The position numbers were made by a program, and so were the translations under genes. This document shows, in pieces, positions 27,666 to 38,597 of a DNA stretch of 64,000 nucleotides. Origin of the DNA: a bacterium (GTDB lineage: Bacteria > Bacillota_I > Bacilli_A > RFN20 > CAG-826); assembly GCA_963623195.1 (NCBI GenBank), contig CAVFKA010000010.1, positions 200,974 to 264,973 of the forward strand. Direction: 5' to 3'. A model generated the notes under the pieces. It saw only the letters and a program-made list of their open reading frames with translations, was not told where the DNA came from and searched no databases. How positions within the stretch are numbered: position 1 is the stretch's first letter; every line of letters starts with the position of its first letter.

Positions 27666-29017
27666 TTTAAGTTACCTAACATGTATATTGCACGAGCATA
27701 GATTGCGATATCTTGGATATAATCTTTGACATTCATATGTTCGTTTGGCGAATGCATTCCGCCTGGGCGTTTTTGCCACTCAGCACCGAAAGCGACTGTG
27801 TTTGGTGCTTCTTTTGCATATGTTCCGCCACCAATTGCGATTGGTTTGGCAAAGAATTGATGGGTTTCTTTCTTGAAAGCCTTCATCAAAGTTGAAACGA
27901 GTGGAGATTTCTTGTCATATAAGAGATATGGAGCGACTGAGTTAGTGACATAATCCATATTTACATAAGAAGAAAGGTTCTTGAGGGCTTCTTCTGGTTT
28001 GGCATTCTCGCCATATCTGAAATCAACTGTAAGAGTTAATGTTCCGTTCATGTATTTGACAACGCCGAAATTGTATGTTGATTCGCCAAGTTCGACTGAA
28101 TTGCTATAACCGCCAAAGATTTTGCCATTGTTATCAAAGATAGAAGCAAGTTTGTTTAAGAATTCATTCTTGTAGTATTTTCCAATTGTTTCAAAAGCGA
28201 TCTTAGCGGCAGAAGTACCAAGCTCAGGGGTTGAGGCGTGAGCGGTCTTTCCAACAAAACGAACCATTAAAAGTTCTTTTGTGGAGTTAATATCACATGA
28301 AATCTTGTTTTCTTTGAGATATTTGACGAATTTCTCATCTGGTAAAAGAGTTACTAAAAGAGAATCGCAAACGGCATTAGTGACTGTTCCGCCATCTAAG
28401 GCAATGATTGGGTTCAAATCTAATTTTTTAGATAAAACACCATGAGTGATGCCTTTTTCTGCATAGATAAGAGGCCAGTTTGCATCTGGTGTGAAACCAT
28501 ATTTAGGGGCTTCTCCGTGGAATTTCTCAAAATAATATTGAAGGCAAGAAGAACCCCTTTCCTCATCTCCACCTGAGACGATTTTGACACGGTATCCTTT
28601 AAGTAGGCCATTATCTTTGAGAAGTTTTGTAGCAAAAAGAGCGGCAGTTAATGGTCCTTTATCATCAAAGGAGCCACGACCATAAATCTCACCATCTTTG
28701 AGGGTGGCCGAGAATGGAGGATTATCCCATTTTCCCGAGACAGGAACGACATCTGAATGGCCATAAATGCCAATGAGTGGGGCATTTTCATCACCGATTT
28801 CAAGTTCGATGGCATATCCATCAACGTTGGTGACTTTAAATCCGTAATCTTTTCCAAGCTTAGCAAAGTAATCTAAAGCTTTTTTGACGTTTTCTCCGAA
28901 TGGTTGACCTTCTTTGATGGTGTGTTCATCATAAACTGAAGGGATTCTTATGAATTTTTGAAGGGCTAAGATTGCGTCTTTTTCATAGCCTTTCGCTAGT
29001 TTTTTGAAATTTGGCAT
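27662..29017 (-). CDS. pepV: M20-family dipeptidase (PepV-like)
   Basis: 451 aa. HSDVVP, GRGSFDDKGP and SGGDEERG motifs of the M20 peptidase/PepV group. Confidence 0.8.
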   Translation of the reverse strand: MPNFKKLAKGYEKDAILALQKFIRIPSVYDEHTIKEGQPFGENVKKALDYFAKLGKDYGFKVTNVDGYAIELEIGDENAPLIGIYGHSDVVPVSGKWDNPPFSATLKDGEIYGRGSFDDKGPLTAALFATKLLKDNGLLKGYRVKIVSGGDEERGSSCLQYYFEKFHGEAPKYGFTPDANWPLIYAEKGITHGVLSKKLDLNPIIALDGGTVTNAVCDSLLVTLLPDEKFVKYLKENKISCDINSTKELLMVRFVGKTAHASTPELGTSAAKIAFETIGKYYKNEFLNKLASIFDNNGKIFGGYSNSVELGESTYNFGVVKYMNGTLTLTVDFRYGENAKPEEALKNLSSYVNMDYVTNSVAPYLLYDKKSPLVSTLMKAFKKETHQFFAKPIAIGGGTYAKEAPNTVAFGAEWQKRPGGMHSPNEHMNVKDYIQDIAIYARAIYMLGNLK

Positions 29018-29029
29018 GTTTTCTCCTAA

Positions 29030-29719
29030 CTAATTTCTTCCAACTTTCGCTAACGCTTTAGAAACTAGTGGATTGATGATTGAGGCAAGTAAGGCCTCTC
29101 CTAACATTCCGAAAGCGATAACGATAACAAACGTATATGTGACTCCTTCTGCGACTGGCTCCGTTGAAGTGAAATAGGAGACCATCGTATCAGTGTAGAA
29201 AATAAATAAGTCACCGAATACAAGAAGCGTATGTGCGATGGTTAACAGAAACGAAAAACCTGCTATCGCAAACACGTTCCTATATAGTTTAGAGTTTTTA
29301 CGTAGTAAATCAAAGACTAAACCGGCTAAAAACCCAAAAATCGCTCTTGGAAGGATGGAAACCCACGGCACAACGAAGAGACCATTGAACCCCGTTGGGG
29401 TCATCATTGCCTGTATCCATGAGGTGAATCCGAAGGCTACTCCATATAAGAGTCCGCCTTTCCAACCTTTTTTATATGAACCAATTAAAACTGGAAGGTG
29501 AACGAGCGAAAAAGAGATCCCGGGGATGAAAGAAATATATCCGGCTTGAGGGACAAAGCCCATAACGACGATTAAAGCAACGATGAGCGCATGAAAAGTT
29601 ATATCTTGCACTTTAATGCCTTTTTCTTGATTTTTTGGGGTTTCTTTATGAAGCGAAATTAAAAGTAAGGCGATCCATATTAATAACATCGCCCAAAAAG
29701 CTATTGTGATGAAATTCAT
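29030..29719 (-). CDS. ECF-transporter substrate-specific (S) component, probably pantothenate (PanT-like)
   Basis: 229 aa with about 6 TM helices. Overlaps the coaX stop. Substrate assignment rests only on the coaX adjacency. Confidence 0.6.
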   Translation of the reverse strand: MNFITIAFWAMLLIWIALLLISLHKETPKNQEKGIKVQDITFHALIVALIVVMGFVPQAGYISFIPGISFSLVHLPVLIGSYKKGWKGGLLYGVAFGFTSWIQAMMTPTGFNGLFVVPWVSILPRAIFGFLAGLVFDLLRKNSKLYRNVFAIAGFSFLLTIAHTLLVFGDLFIFYTDTMVSYFTSTEPVAEGVTYTFVIVIAFGMLGEALLASIINPLVSKALAKVGRN

Positions 29720-30480
29720 TTCTTGTTCCTCTTATCGATTTCTTTTAGACCTAATAGAAGAAGATTGTCTTCATAGGCGAATTCCGGGAGATATTTTTTT
29801 ACGTATACCGCATTCCCACCAGTCAGTATTCTTTTTAGTGGTCTTCCTGCTTCTTTCTCAAAAGATGAGGCAAAGCCTTCGATGGAATAAATGTTTGTAA
29901 AAATTATTCCCGCATTCATTGAATCGTGCGTGTTTTTTCCAATCACATGATCGGGTGCAAGAAGGTTTACTTCAGGAAGAGCTGAGGCTTCTTTTGATAA
30001 ATTTGTCGCGCCCATTCCTAAGCCAGGGGCTATTGCGCATCCTCCGAAAGATTCGTTTTCATCGATATAGATGAATTTGTTTGCCGTTCCTAAATCGGCA
30101 ATAAAAAGGTTTCCTCCATATAAGGAAACAGCACCGATTGAATCGGCGACTAAATCAGCCCCCACTTCTTGAGGGTTATCTGTTTTTATGGCCAATCCCG
30201 TTTTAAGACGAGGGCCTAAAATCTTGGCTTTGACGCCAAATAGGGAAGAGACGATTGAACGGAATATCGGGCTTAAAGGAGAGACGACGGATGAGATGAT
30301 TGCTCTATCTATCTTCTCTTTTTCCAAGTGCCTTGTCATGATGAAGAGCTCAACTACGCTACGATATTCATCTAGCGAGCGAATAGGTTTCGTCCTGCAT
30401 TTATAAACACAGGTTAATTCCTCTCCATCCCATATTCCAAAATCAATCAGGGTATTCCCGATGTCAATTGTTAGTAACAT
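29716..30480 (-). CDS. coaX: Type III pantothenate kinase
   Basis: 254 aa. MLLTIDIGNT phosphate-1 motif and ADLGTA / GGNA motifs of the CoaX ASKHA fold. Confidence 0.9.
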   Translation of the reverse strand: MLLTIDIGNTLIDFGIWDGEELTCVYKCRTKPIRSLDEYRSVVELFIMTRHLEKEKIDRAIISSVVSPLSPIFRSIVSSLFGVKAKILGPRLKTGLAIKTDNPQEVGADLVADSIGAVSLYGGNLFIADLGTANKFIYIDENESFGGCAIAPGLGMGATNLSKEASALPEVNLLAPDHVIGKNTHDSMNAGIIFTNIYSIEGFASSFEKEAGRPLKRILTGGNAVYVKKYLPEFAYEDNLLLLGLKEIDKRNKK

Positions 30481-30566
30481 GGACTTATAATCTCCTACTC
30501 CAGTCTGAATCTTTTATTCAGTACCGGGCAGGAAGATTATATTCCTTTTAAATGTTTACTTGTACT

Positions 30567-30592
30567 AAAAAAGAGACCAAATTAATGGCCTC
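30567..30592 (-). terminator. Intrinsic terminator after leuS
   Basis: Minus-strand GAGGCC-N8-GGUCUC (one G-U pair) followed by UUUUUU. Confidence 0.6.
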
Positions 30593-30606
30593 CTTCTACT
30601 TTAATT

Positions 30607-33015
30607 TTATCCAACGACGATATTGAGGATTCTTCCAGGAACGTAGATGATCTTTCTTATAGTAACGCCTTCAAGGTATTTAGCGACTTTTTCAGATGCT
30701 TTTGCAAGAGAGAGTGCTTCATCTTGACTTGCGTCTTTGCTTAAGGTGATCGTATCACGGACCTTGCCATTGATTGAAACGCCGATTGTAACGGTATTAA
30801 TGACAAGTTTGGATTCGTCTACACTTGGCCAAGGTTCATAGGCAATCGTCGTATTATGACCAAGCTTTTCCCACATCTCTTCGCCAACGAATGGGCAAAT
30901 ACAAGAGAAAATCTTAACGAAATTCTCAATATATGGGCGATAAAGACTCTTCGCTTTATAGCAATCATTGATGAAAATCATCATTTGAGAAATTGCCGTA
31001 TTGAAGGAAAGGTCTTCGAAGTCCTTTGTTGCTTTCTTGACTAAGAAATTATAGGAATAATCGAGCTCTCCTGAATTTGTATCGGAGATTCTGCCACTAA
31101 ATGTTTCATCATCAACTAAGCGATATACGCGCTCGATGAATCTTGTTGAACCATCAAGGGCGGTTGTTGACCATGGCTTAGCCTCAGAAAGAGGACCGGC
31201 AAACATCTCAAATAAACGGAGAGAATCGGCACCATTGGAGGAGATGATATCATCTGGATTGATAACATTTCCGCGTGATTTGGACATCTTTTCGCCATTT
31301 GCACCAAGAATCATGCCTTGATGGTAGAGTTTTTGGAATGGCTCTTTGCATTTTACAACGCCGATGTCGTATAAGAACTTATGCCAGAAACGGGCATAGA
31401 GAAGATGCAAAACGGCATGTTCTTGACCGCCGATATACAAATCAACTGGCAACCAGTGCTCTAAGAGTTTTGGGTCGCCGATTGCACTATCGTTATTTGG
31501 GTCGATGTAACGGAGATAGTACCAAGAAGAACCAGCCCATTGTGGCATGGTGTTGGTTTCTCTTACTCCTTTCATTCCGTCAACTTCGGCATTTAGCCAA
31601 GAAGATGGTGCTTTAGAAAGTGGAGGTTTGCCATCCCTTGAAGGTTGGTAATTATCCATCTCAGGCAAGACAAGTGGAAGGTCTTTTTCTTTTAAGGCGA
31701 CTTCTTTGCCATCTTCTCTTGTAACCATTGGGATTGGTTCACCCCAATAACGTTGTCTAGAGAAGATCCAGTCACGGAGTTTGTAATTTGTGACTTCCTT
31801 GCCTGCTCCAATTTCTTCAAGTTTTTCAGTGATTGCGGCTTTTGCTTGAGCAATATTCATGCCGTTTGCAAAAGAAGAATTGATATGTGGGCCATCTCCT
31901 TCGAAGGCTTCTTTGGAGATGTCTCCTCCTTCAAGGACAGGGGTGATTTCAAGATTGTATTTCTTAGCGAAAGCATAGTCTCTTCCATCGTGGCTTGGAA
32001 CGGCCATAACTGCACCGGTGCCATAGCTTCCTAAGACATAATCGGCAACATATACAGGGATTTCTTTGCCATTTATTGGGTTTATCGCATTAACGCCAAG
32101 ATAAACGCCGCTCTTATCTTTAACAAGAGAGGTTCTAAGTAAGTCGGATTTATGGCTTGCTTCCTCAACATAAGCGTCAACTGCTTCTTTTTGCTCGTTA
32201 GATACTAATTTTTTAACAAGTGGATGTTCAGGCGCTAAACAACAGTACGAACAGCCAAATAATGTATCAACACGCGTTGTGAAAACTTTGAAAGTTTCAT
32301 CATGGCCTTTGATTTTGAAAGTGATTTCGACGCCTTTGGATTTGCCAATCCAGTTACGTTGCATCTCCAAAGTTGATTTTGGCCAGTCTAATCCTTCAAG
32401 GTCTTTCTCAAGTCTATCGGCATATTTGGTTATTTTGAGGACCCATTGACGCATTGGCATACGGATGACTGGGTAGCCACCTCTTTCAGATTTGCCATCG
32501 ATTACTTCTTCATTGGCTAAAACTGTGCCAAGTTCAGGGCAATAGTTGACTGGGATATCAGCGACATATGCAAGATCGTTTTCAAACATCTTGATGAAGA
32601 TCCATTGAGTCCATTTGTAGTATTTTGGGTCAATGGTCGCACATTCCTTAGACCAATCATAGGAAAAGCCCAAGGATTGAATTTGATTCTTAAAGTTTGC
32701 GATATTTGCTCTTGTGAAACCTTCAGGATGTTGATTCATCTTGATGGCAAATTGTTCTGCAGGTAAGCCAAAAGCGTCCCAACCCATTGGGTGAAGGACG
32801 TTAAAGCCTTGCATTCTTTTCATTCTCGCGACGATATCTGTTGCGGTATATCCTTCAGGATGGCCAACATGAAGCCCTTGTCCTGATGGGTATGGAAACA
32901 TATCCAAAACGTAGTATTTTGGCTTAGAAAAATCATAAGTGTCGCAATAGAAAGTATTGTTATCTTCCCAATATTTACGCCACTTAGTTTCAATTTCTTT
33001 ATGGTTGTAGCTCAT
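30607..33015 (-). CDS. leuS: Leucine--tRNA ligase
   Basis: HIGH (HVGHPEGY) and KMSKS motifs. Start set at ATG 33015 ([12 protein letters not shown]), which has an AAGGAG SD lying just after the glgA stop. The ORF-track start at 33039 overlaps glgA. Confidence 0.95.
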   Translation of the reverse strand: MSYNHKEIETKWRKYWEDNNTFYCDTYDFSKPKYYVLDMFPYPSGQGLHVGHPEGYTATDIVARMKRMQGFNVLHPMGWDAFGLPAEQFAIKMNQHPEGFTRANIANFKNQIQSLGFSYDWSKECATIDPKYYKWTQWIFIKMFENDLAYVADIPVNYCPELGTVLANEEVIDGKSERGGYPVIRMPMRQWVLKITKYADRLEKDLEGLDWPKSTLEMQRNWIGKSKGVEITFKIKGHDETFKVFTTRVDTLFGCSYCCLAPEHPLVKKLVSNEQKEAVDAYVEEASHKSDLLRTSLVKDKSGVYLGVNAINPINGKEIPVYVADYVLGSYGTGAVMAVPSHDGRDYAFAKKYNLEITPVLEGGDISKEAFEGDGPHINSSFANGMNIAQAKAAITEKLEEIGAGKEVTNYKLRDWIFSRQRYWGEPIPMVTREDGKEVALKEKDLPLVLPEMDNYQPSRDGKPPLSKAPSSWLNAEVDGMKGVRETNTMPQWAGSSWYYLRYIDPNNDSAIGDPKLLEHWLPVDLYIGGQEHAVLHLLYARFWHKFLYDIGVVKCKEPFQKLYHQGMILGANGEKMSKSRGNVINPDDIISSNGADSLRLFEMFAGPLSEAKPWSTTALDGSTRFIERVYRLVDDETFSGRISDTNSGELDYSYNFLVKKATKDFEDLSFNTAISQMMIFINDCYKAKSLYRPYIENFVKIFSCICPFVGEEMWEKLGHNTTIAYEPWPSVDESKLVINTVTIGVSINGKVRDTITLSKDASQDEALSLAKASEKVAKYLEGVTIRKIIYVPGRILNIVVG

Positions 33016-33028
33016 AAAAGACTCCTTA

Positions 33029-34468
33029 TTATTTAGCAATTATCTCCTCATATAAGGCACGATATTGCTTCGCACTGCGTTTCCAGGAATTATCTTTCTT
33101 TAACGCATTAGATACGATTTTATCGTAAATTGGAGTATTTAGGTATAAATCTTTTGCTTTTCCTATTGCATAGGAGAGTCCGTTGACATCGTAATTATAG
33201 AAACCAATGCCGTCAGCTTTAGTTACATTTGGCTCATCAAGCCCTTCAACTGTGTCGGCTAGACCTCCGGTATATCTAACAACCGGCAAGGTGCCATAAC
33301 GTTGAGAGATCATTTGGGAGATTCCGCATGGTTCAAAAAGGGATGGCATGAGGAAGAAATCACATCCGGCATAGATTTTGTGTGATAGTTCGTTATTGTA
33401 TCCAATATATATGCCAACACGATTTGGGTGTTGATCCCTTAATGTTTGAATTCTTCCTTCAAGTCCTGCTTCACCACTTCCTAAAATGACTAAGGAACAG
33501 TCATTATAATCGTTGAGGAAACCATACATTGCATCAACAATCAAATCGATGCCCTTTTGCCATGAAAGACGTGAAACTACGCCAAAGACAGGGCCTCTTC
33601 CTTTTTCAATTCCAAAGGTTTTGAGCATGTCTTTTTGACATTCTGCTTTACCTTCTTTCCATGATTTAGAAGAATAATGATCGCTAATGTATTTATCTTT
33701 TGCTGGGTTCCATTCTTCATAATCGATTCCGTTGACAATACCGACAAAATCATCTTTTCTAAGTTCAAGAATTCCGTTTAGTCTTTGATCGGAATACATA
33801 TCAAGGAGCTCGTTTCTATGAGTTGGGGAAACGGTCGTTATCTTATTTGCATCGACAATACCAGCTTTGAGGGAGGAGACCATATTGTCAAATCTGACGC
33901 GACCATTATCATAAAGTTCATCGCTAAGTCCCCAGAAATCATTTAGGAAGTAACGGTCAACCAAACCTTTGAATGCAGGGTTATGGATTGTAAGAACCGT
34001 ACGCATTGATGAATAGAATGGATCGTATGAATATTTCTCTTTAAGGAGAGTTGGAACCATGCCAGCTTGCCAATCATGAACATGAATGATATCAGCCTTG
34101 AAGTCGACAAATTTGAGAATGTTCATGCAAGCGAGAGCGAAAAATGCATATCTTTCGCAATCATCGTGGTAACCATAAATATTATCTCTATCGAAATAAT
34201 ATGAATTGCTTAAAAGATAATATCTAACACCATCAACGACGGTCGTATAAACTTCAGCATCTTGTTTTCTCCAAGATACATTGACTGGTAAAAGTCCAAC
34301 GTAGTCAAGTTTAGGATTTTTTCTTTTGATCGAAGCATAGTAAGGGGTGACGATAATTACTTCGTCCCCTTCTTTTGCTAATTCTTTGCTTAGAGCATAT
34401 GAAACATCAGCTAGGCCGCCTGTTTTGGAAAAAGGCAAAGCCTCAGATGCAAACATTGCAATCTTCAT
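33029..34468 (-). CDS. glgA: Glycogen synthase
   Basis: 479 aa. N-terminal [14 protein letters not shown] motif. ATGA overlap with glgD. Confidence 0.95.
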   Translation of the reverse strand: MKIAMFASEALPFSKTGGLADVSYALSKELAKEGDEVIIVTPYYASIKRKNPKLDYVGLLPVNVSWRKQDAEVYTTVVDGVRYYLLSNSYYFDRDNIYGYHDDCERYAFFALACMNILKFVDFKADIIHVHDWQAGMVPTLLKEKYSYDPFYSSMRTVLTIHNPAFKGLVDRYFLNDFWGLSDELYDNGRVRFDNMVSSLKAGIVDANKITTVSPTHRNELLDMYSDQRLNGILELRKDDFVGIVNGIDYEEWNPAKDKYISDHYSSKSWKEGKAECQKDMLKTFGIEKGRGPVFGVVSRLSWQKGIDLIVDAMYGFLNDYNDCSLVILGSGEAGLEGRIQTLRDQHPNRVGIYIGYNNELSHKIYAGCDFFLMPSLFEPCGISQMISQRYGTLPVVRYTGGLADTVEGLDEPNVTKADGIGFYNYDVNGLSYAIGKAKDLYLNTPIYDKIVSNALKKDNSWKRSAKQYRALYEEIIAK

Positions 34469-35583
34469 ATGATGGCTCCTTGATGCACATAGATTGGGGT
34501 ATCTTTATCCCCTTCGATGGTATGTCTATCGGTGACAATCGAGTATTTGTCGATGACAACGTTTGAAAGAGTGACTTTTTCGCCAATCTTTGTTCCACGA
34601 AGAACGATGCAATTGGTTAATTTTGAGCCTTTCCCAACACGGACTCCACGGCAAAGAATTGAGTTTTCAACTTGTCCATCAACAATGCAACCATTGGCGA
34701 TGAATGAATTTGAAATCTTTGATGTTGAGCCGTAAAGAGCTGGGCAAGTATCATGAGTAATCGTGTATATTGGCCAATCTTCTTTGAAAAGAGTCGAAGC
34801 GATCTCAGGATTGAGAAGTTCAAAGGAATATTCGATATATTTATCTAAAGAGTTGAAGTTACGTGCATATCCTTCATATTCATATGCATGAACTTTGAAT
34901 AAGCCTGTCTTAACGGCATAGCGAATAATATCTCCGATTCCCATCGAGAGAGAATGTTTCTTGCTTTCTTCGACAATCTTTGCAAGAGTTACGCGATTGA
35001 TAACCCAAGTTTCTAAGGAAACATTGACTTCTTTCTTACTTCCATCGTTAATTTGGACGTCTGTGACATATCCATCCTTGTCAACCACAAGGGAATAGCC
35101 TCCGACAAAGTTTTTGTCGCCGTCTTTGATTTTCTTATAAACAACGGTGACTTCTTCATTTCTTTCTCTATGTTCTTCGACAATAGGATTGAAATCAATT
35201 GGCGCGACAACGTGTGGAGTTTGGAAAACCAATGTTGAAGCACTTGAATCATAGAGCATGTAATCATTCTCTTTGATGTTGGCTAAATCCGTATTATATG
35301 GAGGGTTGAGAAGTCCATTTTCATTTAAAAGAATCGTTAACTTGTTTGTTTTTGTGTTATTGACCCATGAGGACATATTCCCCATATGTTTAAGAATGGA
35401 ACGTTGGTGGTCTTTGACAAGAATTCCAACCGTATCAATTCCGGAATTCGAAAAATTGGACATGACAATATCCATGAAGGCATATCTGCCTAAGAATGTT
35501 GTCGAAGCAAATGGACGGTTAGCCGTCAATTCACCAAGTTGAGGATCGTTATGTGTATCTAATAAACCAATTACGTCTTTCAT
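34465..35583 (-). CDS. glgD: Glucose-1-phosphate adenylyltransferase regulatory subunit
   Basis: 372 aa paralog of GlgC that lacks the GGxGxRL motif. Sits between glgC and glgA, as in Firmicutes. Confidence 0.85.
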   Translation of the reverse strand: MKDVIGLLDTHNDPQLGELTANRPFASTTFLGRYAFMDIVMSNFSNSGIDTVGILVKDHQRSILKHMGNMSSWVNNTKTNKLTILLNENGLLNPPYNTDLANIKENDYMLYDSSASTLVFQTPHVVAPIDFNPIVEEHRERNEEVTVVYKKIKDGDKNFVGGYSLVVDKDGYVTDVQINDGSKKEVNVSLETWVINRVTLAKIVEESKKHSLSMGIGDIIRYAVKTGLFKVHAYEYEGYARNFNSLDKYIEYSFELLNPEIASTLFKEDWPIYTITHDTCPALYGSTSKISNSFIANGCIVDGQVENSILCRGVRVGKGSKLTNCIVLRGTKIGEKVTLSNVVIDKYSIVTDRHTIEGDKDTPIYVHQGAII

Positions 35584-35584
35584 G

Positions 35585-36718
35585 TTATTTGGCTGCCTTT
35601 CTGTTAACGATTAAGTCGATTTCTTCTCCACCAACGTTAACTTGTGCTTTTTCTTCAATCAATGTGTCTGGGCCGATGATGGCGTTTTCAACTTTTGCGC
35701 CTTTCCCTATTCTTGCCCCAGGCATAATGACGACGTTTTTACAAACGGCACCTTCTTCGATAATGACTCCGCCTGAAATGACCGAGTGAGAAACCTTGCC
35801 ATATATTTGGGCGCCTTGGTTAACCAAAGAGTCTTTTACATCTGCTTTAGGACCGATAAATTGTGGAACTGAGCGCTTATCTTCAGAAAGGATGATGTTC
35901 TTACCGAAGATCGAATAGATGTTTTCACCAGTTTTATCATTCTTCAAAAGGTCCATATTTGCTTCATGGAGCGAAGAAATTGTTCCAACATCTTTCCAAT
36001 AGCCATGATAGGTATAAGCGATGAGTTTCTTTTTGTCTTCCATCATATTTGGAATGATATTTTTTCCAAAGTCATGCTCTGTATCTTCTTTTGCGTCGGC
36101 AATTAAGTATTGGCGTAACGTCTTATATGTAAAGATATAGATGCCCATGGAAGCAAGATTGCTCATAGGCTTCTTTGGTTTTTCTTGGAATTGAGTGATT
36201 CTATCCTTCTCATCGGTTACAAGAATGCCGAATCTTGATGCTTCTTCCATTGGAACTGGGTAAACGGAAATAGTGCAATCTGCACCACTTTCGATGTGTT
36301 TTTGAAGCATTTCGTTATATGTGCATGAATAGATATGGTCACCAGAAAGGATGAGAACATAATCTGGATTCATTCTTTCTAACCAATCTAGGTTTTCATA
36401 GATAGCGTCGGCTGTTCCCCTATACCACGAAGATCCTTCTTCTGTTTGTTTTGGGGAAAGAACGGAAGCTGATGATCTTACGCCATTGAAGCCCCATTTT
36501 TCACCATTACCTACGTATTCATTTAATTCGCTAGATTCATATTGGGTCAAAACGCCAACATTTCTAATTCCGGAATTAGCGCAATTGCTAAGAGGGAAAT
36601 CGATGATGCGGTACTTTCCTCCATATGAAACAGCAGGCTTAGCGACCTTTGAGGTCAAAGCCTTTAATCTCGTTCCTTTGCCACCTGCAAGAATCATGGC
36701 AACCATTTTATTAGACAT
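35585..36718 (-). CDS. glgC: Glucose-1-phosphate adenylyltransferase
   Basis: 377 aa. LAGGKGTRLKALT nucleotide-binding motif and a C-terminal left-handed beta-helix region. Confidence 0.95.
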   Translation of the reverse strand: MSNKMVAMILAGGKGTRLKALTSKVAKPAVSYGGKYRIIDFPLSNCANSGIRNVGVLTQYESSELNEYVGNGEKWGFNGVRSSASVLSPKQTEEGSSWYRGTADAIYENLDWLERMNPDYVLILSGDHIYSCTYNEMLQKHIESGADCTISVYPVPMEEASRFGILVTDEKDRITQFQEKPKKPMSNLASMGIYIFTYKTLRQYLIADAKEDTEHDFGKNIIPNMMEDKKKLIAYTYHGYWKDVGTISSLHEANMDLLKNDKTGENIYSIFGKNIILSEDKRSVPQFIGPKADVKDSLVNQGAQIYGKVSHSVISGGVIIEEGAVCKNVVIMPGARIGKGAKVENAIIGPDTLIEEKAQVNVGGEEIDLIVNRKAAK

Positions 36719-36892
36719 ATGGTCTTCCTCCTCTCGAAAAAATGAGATTTGATATGTTTATCTTTATCGATATGATTTTATCATAAATGCAAAAACAATT
36801 GTTAAAAGTCTTGTGAAAATTTAAAAATATTATCGTTTTACCCATTAAAAGAAGCCTTTTGCAAAAAGTTTTTCATAAAATTTATTTTATCA

Positions 36893-36921
36893 TTGTCAAA
36901 TATCTTTTATGGTGGTATATT
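36893..36921 (+). promoter_or_regulatory. Candidate sigma-70 promoter of rpmB
   Basis: TTGTCA (36893-36898), 17-nt spacer, TGg-TATATT (36916-36921). It lies about 36 nt upstream of the rpmB ATG. Confidence 0.5.
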
Positions 36922-36957
36922 CTTTCTTGCGATTTTACGCACGAAGAGGTGATAGTT

Positions 36958-37173
36958 ATGTCAAGAAAATGCCCAATATCAGGAAAAGGCCCAATGAGCG
37001 GTAATTCCCGTTCCCACTCTGTCTTAGCAACTCGCCGTAGATGGAATGTTAACCTTCAAACATATAAGATTAACATCAACGGTAAGATGGTTTCAGTTAA
37101 GATGAGCGCACGTGCCTATCGTAGCTTAAACAAATCAGTCAAAGCTGCTTCCAAAAACGAAAAAGCTGCTTAA
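36958..37173 (+). CDS. rpmB: 50S ribosomal protein L28
   Basis: Start set at ATG 36958 (SD GAGGTGA). MSRKCPISGKGPMSGNSRSHS...RRWNVNLQ is the L28 signature. The ORF-track N-terminal extension has no support. Confidence 0.9.
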   Translation: MSRKCPISGKGPMSGNSRSHSVLATRRRWNVNLQTYKININGKMVSVKMSARAYRSLNKSVKAASKNEKAA

Positions 37174-37198
37174 TTTGTTTAATTAATTATTGAGATTT

Positions 37199-37222
37199 AA
37201 ACGAGCGATTGCTCGTTTTTTT
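37199..37222. terminator. Intrinsic terminator after rpmB (shared with the convergent membrane-protein gene)
   Basis: AAACGAGC-GATT-GCTCGTTT followed by TTTTT. Confidence 0.7.
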
Positions 37223-37242
37223 CTTTATTTTTTAAATTGTTC

Positions 37243-37923
37243 TTAACTAGCAAAGAAGAAAAACAACGATGTTGCCATAAGGCTAAATTCAGAGAGGAAG
37301 AAAAGCAGCCATTCAGAGAATGCCATAACGAAATATTTAGGTCTCTCGTAATGAGATGTTCCATCTTTTTCTATTACTTCTTCTAATTTTGCGTAGTTGG
37401 CTAATTTAGGATTGCACAAAGGTGCAATGGATAAGGCCGCAAAAACGAAAGATATTATCGCGAAAGTTAATGCTAGAGCAGAATTATTAGCTAAGATCTT
37501 ACGAGAAATTGAAAGAAGAATAATTCCAGATGTTCCGTTTCTTATTGCGATGAAAGCACCGTAAAACATGAAAGTCGCGACTCTCAATTTTTCTTTTTTG
37601 AATGATGTATATGATAAAAATGTAAAGAAAAGTTCGACAATCACCTCAATAATTGCAACCATAAGAAAATAATAAGGCGAGGTCACTGTTTCATCATGAG
37701 GCAAGCAAAAAGCAAGTATGCCTAAAATAATATTTGATGAAATAGCTAAGAATTGTCCGATTCTTTGAGGCATTTCTTTTTTCTTAGGAAAAGCTTCATA
37801 GATAAAATATTGGCGAAAGTTAAAGGATTCTTCTCCTTCTTGCTTGTTGTTTTTTAACAAGAACAAGAACGTCAAAAAGAATATGGCTGATAGGCATAAA
37901 ACAATAATGAAACCTATTTGCAT
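37243..37923 (-). CDS. Hypothetical polytopic membrane protein
   Basis: 226 aa with 6-7 predicted TM helices. Overlaps the rpe 3' end by 10 nt, at the position where thiN lies in B. subtilis. Confidence 0.6.
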   Translation of the reverse strand: MQIGFIIVLCLSAIFFLTFLFLLKNNKQEGEESFNFRQYFIYEAFPKKKEMPQRIGQFLAISSNIILGILAFCLPHDETVTSPYYFLMVAIIEVIVELFFTFLSYTSFKKEKLRVATFMFYGAFIAIRNGTSGIILLSISRKILANNSALALTFAIISFVFAALSIAPLCNPKLANYAKLEEVIEKDGTSHYERPKYFVMAFSEWLLFFLSEFSLMATSLFFFFAS

Positions 37924-38597
37924 AATAATTTTTCCACTCTTTCTTTCATATCTTCGTGGCCGAATAGGTAAGAGCCAGCAACAAGAACGTCAACGCCGGC
38001 AAGCAAAGATTCTTTGCCTGTTGTCTCGTTTATTCCACCATCGATTTCCAATAATGGTTTCTTTTCGCTACAAGAAATCATCTTTTTGATTTCTTTTGCC
38101 CTTTCTAATGATTCAGGGATGAATTTTTGACCACCTTTTCCTGGTTCAACAGACATCAAAAGGATTAAATCTACCTTATTTATATATGGAAGGATATCTT
38201 CAAGAGGCGTCAAAGGTTTGATTGAAAGACCAGCATATAGGCCATAAGAGTGGATTTCATCGATCGTTTTTATTGTTTCTTCATAACTTTTGCTTGCCTC
38301 AAGATGGAAAGTAATTAAGTCAGCGCCTGCATTTGCATAATCCTTTATAAAGAGGAGAGGGTTTTCAATCATAAGATGAACATCGTTAAGCATATTATGA
38401 GATTTGCTCATTGCTTTAATCTCTTCAATACTAAAAGAAACATTAGGAACAAATTTTCCGTCCATTACATCAATATGGATGAATTTAGCTCCACATACTT
38501 CTGCTTTTTTTGACTCTTCTGACAATTTTGAACGGTCAGCGGCCAAAAGGGATGGAGAAACTATTGGTGTGTTTAAACTTTTAATATCTAATTTCAT
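37914..38597 (-). CDS. rpe: Ribulose-phosphate 3-epimerase
   Basis: 227 aa. SLLAAD, HIDVMDGKFVPN and MSVEPGKGGQKF motifs. Confidence 0.95.
   Translation of the reverse strand: MKLDIKSLNTPIVSPSLLAADRSKLSEESKKAEVCGAKFIHIDVMDGKFVPNVSFSIEEIKAMSKSHNMLNDVHLMIENPLLFIKDYANAGADLITFHLEASKSYEETIKTIDEIHSYGLYAGLSIKPLTPLEDILPYINKVDLILLMSVEPGKGGQKFIPESLERAKEIKKMISCSEKKPLLEIDGGINETTGKESLLAGVDVLVAGSYLFGHEDMKERVEKLLCK

Noticed and set aside
33016-33039. N-terminal extensions given by the ORF track: leuS 33039, glpK 63265, rpmB 36859, the CoA-transferase at 9395 (TTG), the lipoprotein at 18518 (GTG) and atpI at 58271 (GTG).
   Set aside because: In each case a downstream ATG is preceded by a proper SD or -10 box. 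That ATG also yields the N-terminus typical of the family ([33 protein letters not shown], or a signal peptide with a lipobox). The extensions overlap SDs or neighbouring genes.
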